In this document: in pieces, positions 21,201 to 30,480 of the stretch
Layout of the letters: the number at the start of each line of letters is the position of its first letter
Position numbering within the stretch: the first letter of the stretch is position 1
Source of the DNA: Gemmatimonadaceae bacterium
Lineage (GTDB): Bacteria > Gemmatimonadota > Gemmatimonadetes > Gemmatimonadales > Gemmatimonadaceae
Length of the DNA stretch: 64,000 nucleotides
Assembly: GCA_031360095.1 (NCBI GenBank)
Contig: JANMAY010000055.1
Coordinates: 175-64,174 of the forward strand
Reading direction: 5' to 3'
Program-made: the position numbers and the translations under genes
Notes under the pieces: model-generated
What the model saw: only the letters and a program-made list of their open reading frames with translations
Told to the model about the DNA's origin: nothing
Databases searched by the model: none

Positions 21201-22312
21201 TGTTGAAGGTGCGATACGACAAGTGGAACGGCTTCAAGGGAGAATTTGGGCACATCTTCACCCGGCGTCCGTTCTCGAATTACATCGTCGCGGCGGAGTA
21301 TCGCTTCGTCGGCAACCAGGTCGCGGGCGCCGGCCCGCAGTACGCCTGGGCACTCCGCAACAACGGCATCATGATCCAGTCGCAGTCCGCGGCGAGTATG
21401 GGGATCGATCAGGATTTTCCCATCTCGCTCGAGGTGCAGCTGCTCGGCGGACTCGGCACCGGTCCGCGCTCGACGGCCAACCTGTGCACTCCGGGCACGA
21501 ACGTGCACTTTGGCGATTCACTGATCACGCAGCACTGCATCAACTCGATTTCGAGGACCTACGACGGCGATCAATGGGTCCGCGTCGAAGCCCTGGTGCT
21601 CGGCGACTCGATCATCAAGCACATCGTGAATGGCGACACGGTGATGACGTACCGCAAGCCGGAAATGGGCGGCGGCAGCGCGAACAACACGGCGCCGGGT
21701 GTGCTCGTTCCCGGCAAGCCTCTCACCGAGGGCTACATCACTCTACAGGCTGAGACGGCGGAGATCGATTTCCGGAAGGTTGAGCTCCTCGAGCTCAAGG
21801 GTTGCATGAATCCGAAGGCAAAGGAGTACAGACGTCACTTCATCGTGTCGGATCCGAGTGCGTGCAGCAGCGCTGCCGGCGAGCAGACCAAGGCCGTAGC
21901 CGAAACGGCTCCGTCGCCGGGGGCAGCAGCGCCACGCTCCGATGCCGAAGGACGACGTGTGTACTCGACGACATGCGTCGCGTGCCATCAGGTGAGCGCG
22001 CTGGGACTGCCTCCGCAGTATCCGCCGCTCGCGGGAAGCGAGTGGGTTACGGGCGACGAGCGCCGGTTGCTGCGCCTCATCCTGCACGGGCTCGTCGGGG
22101 AGGTGAGCGTCGCCGGCGAGACGTTCAACGGGGCAATGCCTGGCTGGGGACCGATGTTGAAGGACGCGGAGATCGCCGCCGTCGCGACGTACATTCGCGG
22201 CAACTTTGGAAACAAGGCCGCGCCGGTGAGCGCGGCGGCAGTTGCGCGCGTGCGCAAGGATTTTGCAACGCGCACGACGCCATGGACTGCCGCAGAACTG
22301 ACAAGACCTTGA
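18287..22312 (+). CDS. Multidomain secreted protein: PVC-type 'membrane-bound dehydrogenase' beta-propeller + HEAT repeats + DUF1080 (3-keto-disaccharide hydrolase-like) + C-terminal c-type cytochrome
   Basis: ORF 18233-22312; the ATG at 18287 gives MTVSSQRLAITCALVLASASSLRAQ. The N-terminal propeller resembles glucose/sorbosone dehydrogenase-like proteins of Planctomycetes/Verrucomicrobia. A HEAT-like region is rich in leucine and alanine. The DUF1080 block runs WIQLWNGRDLQNWDIKF...GYITLQAETAEIDFRKVEL. The heme site CVACH is encoded at 21974-21988. Confidence 0.75.
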   Translation: MTVSSQRLAITCALVLASASSLRAQNPAQNPAPAPTPIPSSGPLPRNAAREQDLLRQTKAPDGFTVTVFAGAPVAEYPTCLANSPDGALFVCVDPNLSLSVHKGIGRIVRLVDDDRDGRADRYTVFAQMDSPRGAFFDGSTLYVMHPPFLTAYRDTNGDGIADESDDLVKGLGFDLDFRGADHTTNQITMGIDGWIYVAVGDYGYQKAVGKDGATIGNRGGSVVRVRPDGTGLEIYAVGTRNIYDVALDPFLHVFTRDNTNDGDGWDTRLHYIPALAHMGYPMYYKNFAGEHMPSLHDYGAGAGTGAVWVQDPGFPAGYDNVLYTGDWTMNKVFRNATTSKGASFDVQQDQFLSIPRPSDMVMDANSNMYVATLIGGTFTYVGDTVGGVVRVSYPATSGAAAPLLSALGNSELMDALVGPYAERRLQAQRELLRRARPGRLRAWWTRRSIVGRLSELTLDARRPDYARVAAMFTLKQIAGVSSHDVLLRVADDPAMRALALHALADDTRQLAGVSTSVFVRALSDRDPRVQLQAIEGLVRLGAHDAAASIVPLTGSADAAIAHVAVKALVALDAGAAALAVLDTATPDVRRGALRVLEQMHNGASVSGLIARFRTTNDASARRDVLAALARLYNREAAWKGEWWTTRPSFLGPYFAPTPWEESATIRPVLRDALLAANGADLETLATELARNRVLPQGAKSIVIALAAPNDQSRTEVIDALVGTSHLETAAIAMLPSLDKRSPVLHSAVAQLLAGETSVGEQLLPLVRTGALDSTLDAEIRGRLLNSVAQMSDSSARATSTELFVRTVPGPATPAPVEAAWRRYVGDRRRGAELDQWVRLAQTGDPAQRTLAFSVLAQGIRGQRVPPAIRNRVVPVIDAAWFDAAATPSLVQAIRVMKLESQYANHLTAYDQALVAQENARKGIVVVNALKAHPKEWIQLWNGRDLQNWDIKFKGRPVNENYNDTFRAESGLLKVRYDKWNGFKGEFGHIFTRRPFSNYIVAAEYRFVGNQVAGAGPQYAWALRNNGIMIQSQSAASMGIDQDFPISLEVQLLGGLGTGPRSTANLCTPGTNVHFGDSLITQHCINSISRTYDGDQWVRVEALVLGDSIIKHIVNGDTVMTYRKPEMGGGSANNTAPGVLVPGKPLTEGYITLQAETAEIDFRKVELLELKGCMNPKAKEYRRHFIVSDPSACSSAAGEQTKAVAETAPSPGAAAPRSDAEGRRVYSTTCVACHQVSALGLPPQYPPLAGSEWVTGDERRLLRLILHGLVGEVSVAGETFNGAMPGWGPMLKDAEIAAVATYIRGNFGNKAAPVSAAAVARVRKDFATRTTPWTAAELTRP

Positions 22313-23037
22313 TGGTGAGGGCGGTCGCGCTCGCCATGGCTCTCGCACCCGCCGCTGCGGGAGCGCAGATCCTCCCGACGACCCTGTCCACTACCGCGCG
22401 GCATTCGGCCGGAGCGGCAGGGGTCTATGCGCAGCCACTCGGCGAGTTCGGCCAGAACGTGAAGCGTGGGTTCGGCCTCGATGGCGCGGCAACCTACGGT
22501 GTCGACTCGCGTGGCATCTTCGGTCTGCGCGCCGAGCTCGGGTATCTGAGCTACAACACCAAGCGCGAGCCCTTCTACGCCAACACCGGCTTCGGCGTCG
22601 TGGAGCTCGAGTCGGAGACCAAGAGCGGCGTCCTCACACTCGGCGTGGGTCCGCAGCTCTCCGTGCCGGCGGGTCCCGTGCGTCCATATGTCGCCGGCAC
22701 GTTTGGGTTCGCGCGGTTCGCCACCGAGACGGCGATCAACGTCCCGGCGCGAAACTCGAGGACCGGTACCACGGAGACGCTCGACAAGCAGACCGTGTCG
22801 AGCGACTTCGTCCGTTCGCTCGCCGCGTCGGCGGGAATCGCGATGGAGTTTTCCATGGTGGGTCGGGGGATTCTCATCGACATCGGCGCGCGCTATCACA
22901 AGAACGGGCAGGCGCGGTACGTTTCGTCCGAGGGCGTGAAGTACACGAGTGGATCTCCGACGCCCACGGTCACGGCGACGGAGAGCCAGGCCGATTTCGT
23001 CGTGTATCGTCTCGGAGCAATCTTCCCCATTCGGTGA
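22312..23037 (+). CDS. Small outer-membrane beta-barrel protein (OmpW/porin-like, family uncertain)
   Basis: ORF 21802-23037 trimmed to the ATG at 22312 (MVRAVALAMALAPAAAGAQ signal), which overlaps the stop of the preceding gene (TGATG). 241 aa with alternating hydrophobic beta-strand periodicity and an aromatic residue near the C-terminus (RLGAIFPIR). Confidence 0.55.
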   Translation: MVRAVALAMALAPAAAGAQILPTTLSTTARHSAGAAGVYAQPLGEFGQNVKRGFGLDGAATYGVDSRGIFGLRAELGYLSYNTKREPFYANTGFGVVELESETKSGVLTLGVGPQLSVPAGPVRPYVAGTFGFARFATETAINVPARNSRTGTTETLDKQTVSSDFVRSLAASAGIAMEFSMVGRGILIDIGARYHKNGQARYVSSEGVKYTSGSPTPTVTATESQADFVVYRLGAIFPIR

Positions 23038-23047
23038 CGCCGCACGC

Positions 23048-25201
23048 TTACGGCATCGGGCGCAATTTCTCCCACTGCACGTTCCAACCACGCGCTGGAA
23101 ATCCCGGCGCGTGCGTCGTTGGTGCTCCGTCCCATCCGGCGGCCATCATCGCGATCGCGCTGAGCAGCGCACCGTTGCCGGGGAGATAAATGCTCAATCC
23201 GGTGCGCTGATAGTTGTGACCGTTCGGCAGGAAGCGGTTCTTCGGCATGTCCATCATCAGCGCATCGATGGCGATCTCCGGCTCGCCGAGCCGCGCCGCC
23301 GTCATCGCGACCATCGGATAGTCCCAGCCCCACGTGTCGTCCCACTGCCAGGTCTCCATCACGCGATGCAGTGTGCGGCGCATCGCGTCGCGATCGATGC
23401 GAGGCGACGGAATGAAGCCGAACGCGGCGAGCAGTGTCGGATGATCGCGTCGCTGATCGGCGTTCGTGAAAGTGTCGGGCGCTGATTCCGCGTTGACGTA
23501 GAGCCCGTCGCGCATCGGCATGGCTGACAGACGCTGTATCACGCGGTCCCACGTCGGCTCGCGCGCGAGTCCCAAACGTTCGCGCCACGTCTGCGCCGTG
23601 CTCAATCCGAATGCCCAGTAGGAGAGCTCGAAGGCGGGATTGAATGTCGCCGCTGGCGGGTGGCTCTCCTGCGCGGGGATGAGCGGCGGACCTAGGACGT
23701 AGCGTTTAGTCGCTTCATCCCAGAAGGGATAGGACGCCATGAACGACGCGCTTTCGTGCACAATGACGCGATACCGATCCAACACGCCGCGGGTGGGTCG
23801 CGCGCGATACACGAGCTCCGCCATGTAGATCGGATGCGGCTGCTGCCAGATCAGAAATGCCCCCACACCCGACGGGCTCTCGCGCCCATCGGGTCCGATC
23901 ATCTTTGGCCAGCGCACGCCGTCGTACCCTTGTCTGCGGGCCGTCTCGCGGGCGCGCGGCAGAATCCGCGAGTAGAACGGCAGGCTCTTCTCGAGCATTG
24001 CCGTGCGATTCCAGAGCGCGAAGTGCGCCGCGTGCCACCAGTGCATCTCGAGATGGAACTTGCCGAACCAGCTGTTGAACGTCTCGCCGGTCTCCTGCGG
24101 CGGGAGCGAACCGGCGCATTGAATGGCGGTGAGGTACTCCGACAGCACGATGCGGCGTTCGAGCTCCTTCGCGCGAGGATCGCGACTCCCAGAGAGATCG
24201 ACCACGCCACCCCGCGTCCAGAATTGCTCCCAGTGTCGCGCGCTGGCGGCGATGACGTCATCGACCGATGGCAGCGCACTCGACTGCTCGGTCGGCGAGA
24301 ACTCGATGACGACGTCGAATCGCGCACTGCCCCGCGCCGGTGCCAGACGATACGCGTGCTCGCTTACCTGCTCGAGCGTGCCGCCGCGCGACCAGCCCGC
24401 TCGCGCGCGATAGCTGTCGGCATCGAGGGTACGTTGCCAGTCGGCTGTTGTCCGGTCGCGCCGCGTGATCGACGTCTGGTGACGCTCGGCGTGTGCCCAG
24501 TCAGACGGGCTCCCCGTATGAAGTGCTCCACCATAAGGAAATGCAATGTCGATCGCGAGCCAGCGCGCGTCGAGATCATACGACTCGATTCGCACGGCAA
24601 TCGCATCGCGCGTCGGGTGCGACCAGGTGTGCACGCGCACGATGCGATCGTCGATCGTGAACCGGCTGTCGAGGGTGCCGCTCCAGAGATCGAGACGCTG
24701 TCGCATGTCCTGCACGTCGGCGGGCCGCGCGCCGTCGCCGTCGCGTCGATGCAGCGCGAAGCCCACGCGCGCCAGCGACAACCGATGTGGATTCTCGCGC
24801 AGCCACTTGCCCGCGTCGCTGTTTTGCGCGCTCGCATACGGCACCTGACGTCCATGCGCATCGTAGGACACAAGCGCCTGCTCCAACCGATGCCCCTGCG
24901 GATTTGGAAAGGTGTGCCAGCCCCACTCGGCCTGCGTTGCGAGTGGGATCTGCGTGTACACGTCGCTGAAAGTCTGAAGTCCTGTCGCATCCGCCGTGAA
25001 GGCGAACGCGCCGTTGCCAACGCTGAGTGGCGCGAGCGGGTCCAACGAGCGCACTACCGGGGAATGCCGCGCCACGCGCGCGCGGCGGTCGATCGCTGCG
25101 CGCGGCGTGAGCTCCGCGAGTCGACGGCCGACCAATGGGCCGTGGAGCGACATCACGGCAAGCCGCTCCGTGAGTGATTGCAGAAAATCCCGACGATGCA
25201 C
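23048..25201 (-). CDS. Tat-signal secreted protein, putative glycoside hydrolase with sandwich + (alpha/alpha)6-like architecture; family not recognised
   Basis: 717-aa ORF with a GTG start at 25201. The twin-arginine motif is MHRRDFLQS. The N-terminal LSVGNGAFAFTADATGLQTF and RQRLDLWSGTLDSRF resemble the N-domains of GH65/GH95-type enzymes. The central FGKFHLEMHWWHAAHFALWNR is a tryptophan/histidine-rich helical region. It is the last gene of the GH106-like/GH95 operon. Confidence 0.5.
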   Translation of the reverse strand: MHRRDFLQSLTERLAVMSLHGPLVGRRLAELTPRAAIDRRARVARHSPVVRSLDPLAPLSVGNGAFAFTADATGLQTFSDVYTQIPLATQAEWGWHTFPNPQGHRLEQALVSYDAHGRQVPYASAQNSDAGKWLRENPHRLSLARVGFALHRRDGDGARPADVQDMRQRLDLWSGTLDSRFTIDDRIVRVHTWSHPTRDAIAVRIESYDLDARWLAIDIAFPYGGALHTGSPSDWAHAERHQTSITRRDRTTADWQRTLDADSYRARAGWSRGGTLEQVSEHAYRLAPARGSARFDVVIEFSPTEQSSALPSVDDVIAASARHWEQFWTRGGVVDLSGSRDPRAKELERRIVLSEYLTAIQCAGSLPPQETGETFNSWFGKFHLEMHWWHAAHFALWNRTAMLEKSLPFYSRILPRARETARRQGYDGVRWPKMIGPDGRESPSGVGAFLIWQQPHPIYMAELVYRARPTRGVLDRYRVIVHESASFMASYPFWDEATKRYVLGPPLIPAQESHPPAATFNPAFELSYWAFGLSTAQTWRERLGLAREPTWDRVIQRLSAMPMRDGLYVNAESAPDTFTNADQRRDHPTLLAAFGFIPSPRIDRDAMRRTLHRVMETWQWDDTWGWDYPMVAMTAARLGEPEIAIDALMMDMPKNRFLPNGHNYQRTGLSIYLPGNGALLSAIAMMAAGWDGAPTTHAPGFPARGWNVQWEKLRPMP

Positions 25202-25322
25202 TGATGCTCCAGGTATTGACCGGGCGAGCAGAATGGCGTCGCACGATTGGTCTACCTACATCGCGTCGCGATAGATGTCATCTGGAGCGAGCGCAGCGCG
25301 TCGAGAAACCCTCACCTTCGGT

Positions 25323-25346
25323 TCTCTTGCCAAATTTGGCAAGAGA
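25323..25346. promoter_or_regulatory. Perfect 24-bp palindrome TCTCTTGCCAAATTTGGCAAGAGA (operator or RNA hairpin)
   Basis: Read directly; all 12 base pairs around the centre at 25334/25335 are complementary. It lies in the 175-bp gap between the GH95 stop (25377) and the start of the unassigned glycosidase (25201). It has an AT-rich core in a GC-rich genome and no U-tract on either side. Confidence 0.5.
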
Positions 25347-25376
25347 CCATGTCAGCCCGGGTGCGCGAACCCGTGC

Positions 25377-27815
25377 TCACGGCTCGAATGTGATGCGCTC
25401 CCCAACCCTCGTTCGATAGTCTCGAACTGCCTTACGATATCGCAGCCGTACCGCTCTCCCCAGCCGCGATGTCAGTACAGCGCGAATGAGCCGACCACCC
25501 CCCCACTCCATCTCCACCTCGAACCCCCCGCGCGCCCGCAGCCCACGCACCGATCCGTCCGGCCACGCCGACGGCAGCGCCGGCAACAGATGAATCTCTC
25601 CCGCGTGCGACTGCACCAGCATCTCGGCAACACCAGCCGTCGCGCCGAAATTGCCATCGATTTGAAACGGCGGATGCGCATCGAACAGATTCGAGTACAC
25701 GCCGCCAATCTGACCGGGCGCTGATCCCAACGGTCGCAGCAAATTCGACAGCAATGCAAAGGCGCGATCGCCGTCGCGCATGCGCGCCCAGAAGTTGATC
25801 TTCCATCCCATCGACCACCCCGTCGCCTCGTCGCCGCGCAGCTCCATCGACCTACGCGCCGCCGCGAACAACTCCGGCGTCCGCTCCGGTGTGATCTCGC
25901 GGCCCGGATACACGCCGAACAGATGTGAGAAGTGCCGGTGATGCGGATCCTCCTCGGGCCAATCCCGCGCCCACTCCTGTAGCTGGCCGCGACTTCCGAT
26001 CTGATAGGGAATCAGTCGTCCCCGCGCCTCGCTCACCCGCCGCCGAAACGCCGCGTCGACTCCCAATGCCTCTGACGCCGCGATCACGTTCGTGAACAGG
26101 TCCCACACCAGCGCGCGATCCATCGTCGAGCCAGCGCTCATCGAAGCGGAGCGTCCATCAGCCAGCTTGAACTTCAATTCCGGCGACGCGGACGGCGAGG
26201 TCACGAGATGTCCATTCGCGTCCGCCACCAGGAAGTCCAGATAGAACGCAGCGGCCCCTTTCATCAACGGGTACGCGCGGCCGCGGAGATACGCCGTGTC
26301 GCCACCAAAGGCGTAATGCTCCCACAGATGCTGCGACAGCCACGCCGATGCGGTCGACCAGTTCGCCCACACCGGATCGCCTTTCCCGTAGTCACCCACT
26401 GGGGCGGACTGCGCCCAGATGTCGCTGTTGTGATGCGCCACCCAACCGCGCGCCCCGTAATTCACCTCCGCCGTCTTGCGACCGTTCACGGCCAGATGCT
26501 CCACGAAGTCGAGCAGCGGCTCGTGCAGCTCGGCGAGATTGGTGCTCTCCGCCGGCCAGTAGTTCATCTCCGTGTTGATGTTGATGGTGTAGTTGGAGCT
26601 CCAGGGTGCACGCACCTGGTCGTTCCAGATTCCCTGCAGATTCGCCGGCTGTGTCCCGCGCCGTGACGAGGCGATGAGCAGATAGCGCCCGTACTGGAAG
26701 AAGAGCTGACTGAGGTACGAATCCTTGGCACCGAGCGACGCGAGACGCTGATCGGTCGACGCATCGGCTGGCGCCGGTGATGTTCCTAGCTGCAGTGCCA
26801 CCCGGTTGAACAGTGCGCGATGGTCGGCGACGTGTGCATCGCGCAGTGCCGCGAAGCGTCGAGCCGCCGCCGACTGCACATCTCGCGCGGCGATGGGCCC
26901 AGGCAATCGGCCCTCGCGCGCCGGTGACCGGTCGAAGCCATTGAAGCTTGTCGCCGCGCTGAGCAGCAGAACGACATCGTCGGCGCCCTCGACGTGCACA
27001 CCATCATGATCGACCCAGCTTCGGCCGCCCACAGTTCTGGACGTGAGATGCGCCTCGAAGCGCATCCCTTCACGCTCGTCGTACCGCACCGGCGTCGAAC
27101 TCTCGTAGTAATTAGGATCGACGTGCGCCGGTGCTCGGCCCAGCAACTTCAACACGGTTCGATCGACAACCGTGGAGTGCCGCAGCCGGCTCGTTAGTTT
27201 CGCGACGAACGTGATTGCGCCGGGTGCATCAGCCGACAACCGAAGGACGATGACCTGATCGGGATGCGACGCAAACACCTCGCGCGCGTACGTTACGCTG
27301 CCGACTTTGTACTTCGTGGTCACGACGCCCGTTCCCAGATCCAACTCCCGCCGATAGCCGCCGCGCGCCGTGTCCCCGTGCTCGAAAGCGATGTCGAGGT
27401 CGCCGAGCGGCAGATACGTCTGCGTGTAGGGTCCCTGCATTTGCCGCGTGGCGCGATCTGCCTCGACGTACTTCTCCTCCGCGATCAAGCGGCGGACTTC
27501 CAGCAGTGCCTCGCGCGCTTTGGGATTGTTCCAGTCCTTCGGACCGCCCGACCACAGGGAATCATCGTTGAGCTGCAGCCGCTCGCGCTCGATTCCACCG
27601 AAAACCATGGCGCCGAGGCGGCCATTGCCAATGGGCAGCGCGTCGACCCACTGTGCCGCGGGACGACGGTACCACAGAACGAGCGCGTCGCTCGCCTGGG
27701 AGCGATTCGGCCAAACCGCACTGCCTCCACCCGCGCGGATGAATGCACCGCCCGCCAGAGCGGCGCTGTGCAGAATGAAATCGCGGCGCGTCAAATGGTC
27801 GAAGGGAGTCGTCAC
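25377..27815 (-). CDS. Glycoside hydrolase family 95 (alpha-L-fucosidase/alpha-L-galactosidase type), Tat-secreted
   Basis: 812 aa with a GTG start at 27815. The Tat motif is [16 protein letters not shown]. The GH95 N-terminal hallmark is [28 protein letters not shown]...[13 protein letters not shown]. The start lies 1 nt after the stop of the upstream gene. Confidence 0.85.
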   Translation of the reverse strand: MTTPFDHLTRRDFILHSAALAGGAFIRAGGGSAVWPNRSQASDALVLWYRRPAAQWVDALPIGNGRLGAMVFGGIERERLQLNDDSLWSGGPKDWNNPKAREALLEVRRLIAEEKYVEADRATRQMQGPYTQTYLPLGDLDIAFEHGDTARGGYRRELDLGTGVVTTKYKVGSVTYAREVFASHPDQVIVLRLSADAPGAITFVAKLTSRLRHSTVVDRTVLKLLGRAPAHVDPNYYESSTPVRYDEREGMRFEAHLTSRTVGGRSWVDHDGVHVEGADDVVLLLSAATSFNGFDRSPAREGRLPGPIAARDVQSAAARRFAALRDAHVADHRALFNRVALQLGTSPAPADASTDQRLASLGAKDSYLSQLFFQYGRYLLIASSRRGTQPANLQGIWNDQVRAPWSSNYTININTEMNYWPAESTNLAELHEPLLDFVEHLAVNGRKTAEVNYGARGWVAHHNSDIWAQSAPVGDYGKGDPVWANWSTASAWLSQHLWEHYAFGGDTAYLRGRAYPLMKGAAAFYLDFLVADANGHLVTSPSASPELKFKLADGRSASMSAGSTMDRALVWDLFTNVIAASEALGVDAAFRRRVSEARGRLIPYQIGSRGQLQEWARDWPEEDPHHRHFSHLFGVYPGREITPERTPELFAAARRSMELRGDEATGWSMGWKINFWARMRDGDRAFALLSNLLRPLGSAPGQIGGVYSNLFDAHPPFQIDGNFGATAGVAEMLVQSHAGEIHLLPALPSAWPDGSVRGLRARGGFEVEMEWGGGRLIRAVLTSRLGRAVRLRYRKAVRDYRTRVGERITFEP

Positions 27816-27816
27816 G

Positions 27817-30480
27817 CTACATCGGTGTAATCGGCGTGAGCGTCACAGGCCCCACCAGTCCCGATACCCGTACCGGCCACGTCGACGCGTCGAACGGCCG
27901 ATAGTCGAACCCGACATAATTGATGTCGTGAAACGTCTTCCACGAGACGCCGCGCACGTCGAGATCGCGCACACGATTTGCCGAGAGGTTCGTCACCTCG
28001 ATCTCGAGCAGGTTGTTCTTCGCGCGCAGCAAACCTGTCGCGACGCGGAACGGTCGCGCGATCAGTGTGCCGAGGTCGCGTCCGTTCAGCCGGATGCGCG
28101 CGCTCTCCGCCACTCGCCCGAGATCGAGGGAATGGTTCCGCGCGGATGACGGCGCGTCGAAGCGGAGTGCGTATCGGGCCGTGCCGGCGAAGCGGTCCGC
28201 GTCGGCGTCTCCGCGGCCCGTCCATGGAGTGAGTGAGTCGGCAGCGAACGAGGCGGGAAGTGCCGGGCCACCGCTCGTGAAGGTTACCGACCACGTGCCG
28301 CGAAGCGTGATAGGTGCGCCTGTCACACTGTCGTATGCCCAGCGCGGCGCATCGATGCGCCTGTCGAAAGTGCGCAGGATGAGCGAGGAGCCCGGATCGA
28401 GATGCACGCGGACATCGACTCCGCCCTCTTTGCCAGGACGCATATCGGCGAGTCCAGTGCGACCCGTCATCGGATCCATGATCGCGACATGTGCCGCTGT
28501 CGTCGCGAGCGACACCCAGCCGTGCACGGGTTCCGTGCCCGCGTGGCCGATGAAATACTGGCGACCGCTCACCAAGCGCTGCCGAATGAATCGCACACCC
28601 GGTCGGTCCACCATCGTCTCTCGGTGAATGCCGGACGCCGCCAGCAGCGGCTCGAGCTGTTCCCCAACGAGCAACCTGCCCGATCCGACGCGCGCCGCGC
28701 GTACTCCCGCCGCGTCTGCATCCCCGAACCGCACCTGCTGCTTCGCTGTCGCGAGGAGTGCACGACGAGCTTCGAGCTCGAACAGTCCGGGAACATCGGA
28801 CGGCAGAGATCCGAGGAAGACGACGGTCGCCCCGCTTCGCGCCAGCTCGACGAGACGCTGGAACGTTTCGAGTGGCATGTGCTGCGCGCGAGGCACCACC
28901 ATCGCCGCGTATTCCGCGTTGCCCGCGCGCAGGCGATTGCCCGATGTGTTGACGCTCGTCGCCAGCAATCGGTCGGAGACATAGTCGAACCCGTGTCCAG
29001 TCTTCCAAAGCTCCGTGGCGACCGTGCCGACCGGCTTGTCGAACAACCATCTGGCGTTGCGCACCGCGAAATCCACCCGCAGGCGCGTCGTGTCGTGCCA
29101 GTTGTCCCATACGGGCCAGTAGAGCAAGACGTCGTTGTCCGCGCGACCCGCCTGCATCACCGATTGCACACGCGCCACGTACCGATTCAGCACAGGGAGA
29201 TCGCGCCAGAATGCGTTCCGCGGGTTGAACTCCGCCGACGCATAGAACTCCCAGCCCGGCCACGCGACATTTGCCGGCGAATACGCCGTGCCATGATAGA
29301 TCAGATGATTGATGCCGCCGAGAAAAAAGGCGTCAGCCGCCTGCTTCACGTCGTCGAGCGTCGCCGAGAAGTGCTCGCCGAGCCAGGTGAACGCTTCGGC
29401 GGAGGCAAGTGGCAGACCTGCAACGTGCGCGGCGGACGACGCAAACTTGGCCACGAGAATGTCTTCGTCGTTGCTGCTCGGCCGCCCGAATATTTCGGTC
29501 TCCGGCACATCCGACGCGGCATAGAGATCGAGCAGGTTGCCCGGTGAGCCGTGCGCCTGGTTGCGGCTCTTGCTGGCGCGCGCATGCGACCACTCGCGCA
29601 ACGGAAGGAGAAAGTTCGCGAGCAGCATTTCGTCCAGCGTCTGCCGATAGTCCGACTTCACGCGCGCAATGCGCTCCGGATCGCCCTGCCCCGCGAGTGC
29701 CGCGAGCTCGCGCCTGAGGTCGTACTTGCGAGCCCCCAGAAAAAAGTCGAACAGCTCCGATGAGCCGGTTCCCGTATACTCGAAGGAATCGTGGAAGTAC
29801 GCGCCGACCAATCCCCGTTGCATGGGGCCAAGGCGCTCCGCATAGGTGCGCAGAAAATTGTCGGTCGCGGCGCGGGAGAAGACGTCGATCGCAAACCCTT
29901 CCCCCCCCGGCCCCGGACGCTTCACGTTGTCGCCGGAGAAGCGCATCTCGGCGACATGTGTACCCTTCGCCGAGTCGAAGGTGATGCGCAGCGATTTGTT
30001 GGCGTCCGTCGGCGTGACCGTCGCCCCACCGGTTCGCCATCCTGCACCCGGCGGCATGTCGAGTCCCATGCCGAGCCGGTGCGCCTGAGTCGCGGCGTGC
30101 GCGAGCAGTGCGTTCCATCGTGGCGTCAGATACGGAACGAACTGCGACTCCGCACCCTTGGCGCCGTAGATCGCCGTGACTTCGACGCCGCCGAATCCCG
30201 CACCGGCGAGTTGCGTGAGCTCTCTGGTGAGATTGGCCGAATCGACGGCGCTTCCCATCCACCACCAGCGCGTCCACGGTTTGGCGTCGCGGGTGATGGC
30301 CGGCCAGGCGAGAGGAGTGCCATCGCCGCGAGGGCGCTGTGCGAACGCTCCGCGCGACGACAGGAATGCAACTGCAACGACAATGAGCCTGGTGACGCGC
30401 AACGAGGTGCTAGTGTAGATACTGCGCGACAAACGACAGCACGTCGCTCTTGTCCATGCGGAACACACCGCCGGTTCCAC
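27817..30480 (-). CDS. Secreted glycoside hydrolase, GH106-like (alpha-L-rhamnosidase type)
   Basis: 887-aa ORF. The N-terminal motif [15 protein letters not shown] followed by [11 protein letters not shown] is what I recall from BT0986-type GH106 enzymes. The family call is from memory only. The longest ORF start (30480) overlaps the upstream protease gene by 71 nt. An in-frame TTG at 30402 (…[21 protein letters not shown] signal) lies 7 nt after the protease stop and is the more likely start. Confidence 0.55.
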   Translation of the reverse strand: MEPAVCSAWTRATCCRLSRSIYTSTSLRVTRLIVVAVAFLSSRGAFAQRPRGDGTPLAWPAITRDAKPWTRWWWMGSAVDSANLTRELTQLAGAGFGGVEVTAIYGAKGAESQFVPYLTPRWNALLAHAATQAHRLGMGLDMPPGAGWRTGGATVTPTDANKSLRITFDSAKGTHVAEMRFSGDNVKRPGPGGEGFAIDVFSRAATDNFLRTYAERLGPMQRGLVGAYFHDSFEYTGTGSSELFDFFLGARKYDLRRELAALAGQGDPERIARVKSDYRQTLDEMLLANFLLPLREWSHARASKSRNQAHGSPGNLLDLYAASDVPETEIFGRPSSNDEDILVAKFASSAAHVAGLPLASAEAFTWLGEHFSATLDDVKQAADAFFLGGINHLIYHGTAYSPANVAWPGWEFYASAEFNPRNAFWRDLPVLNRYVARVQSVMQAGRADNDVLLYWPVWDNWHDTTRLRVDFAVRNARWLFDKPVGTVATELWKTGHGFDYVSDRLLATSVNTSGNRLRAGNAEYAAMVVPRAQHMPLETFQRLVELARSGATVVFLGSLPSDVPGLFELEARRALLATAKQQVRFGDADAAGVRAARVGSGRLLVGEQLEPLLAASGIHRETMVDRPGVRFIRQRLVSGRQYFIGHAGTEPVHGWVSLATTAAHVAIMDPMTGRTGLADMRPGKEGGVDVRVHLDPGSSLILRTFDRRIDAPRWAYDSVTGAPITLRGTWSVTFTSGGPALPASFAADSLTPWTGRGDADADRFAGTARYALRFDAPSSARNHSLDLGRVAESARIRLNGRDLGTLIARPFRVATGLLRAKNNLLEIEVTNLSANRVRDLDVRGVSWKTFHDINYVGFDYRPFDASTWPVRVSGLVGPVTLTPITPM

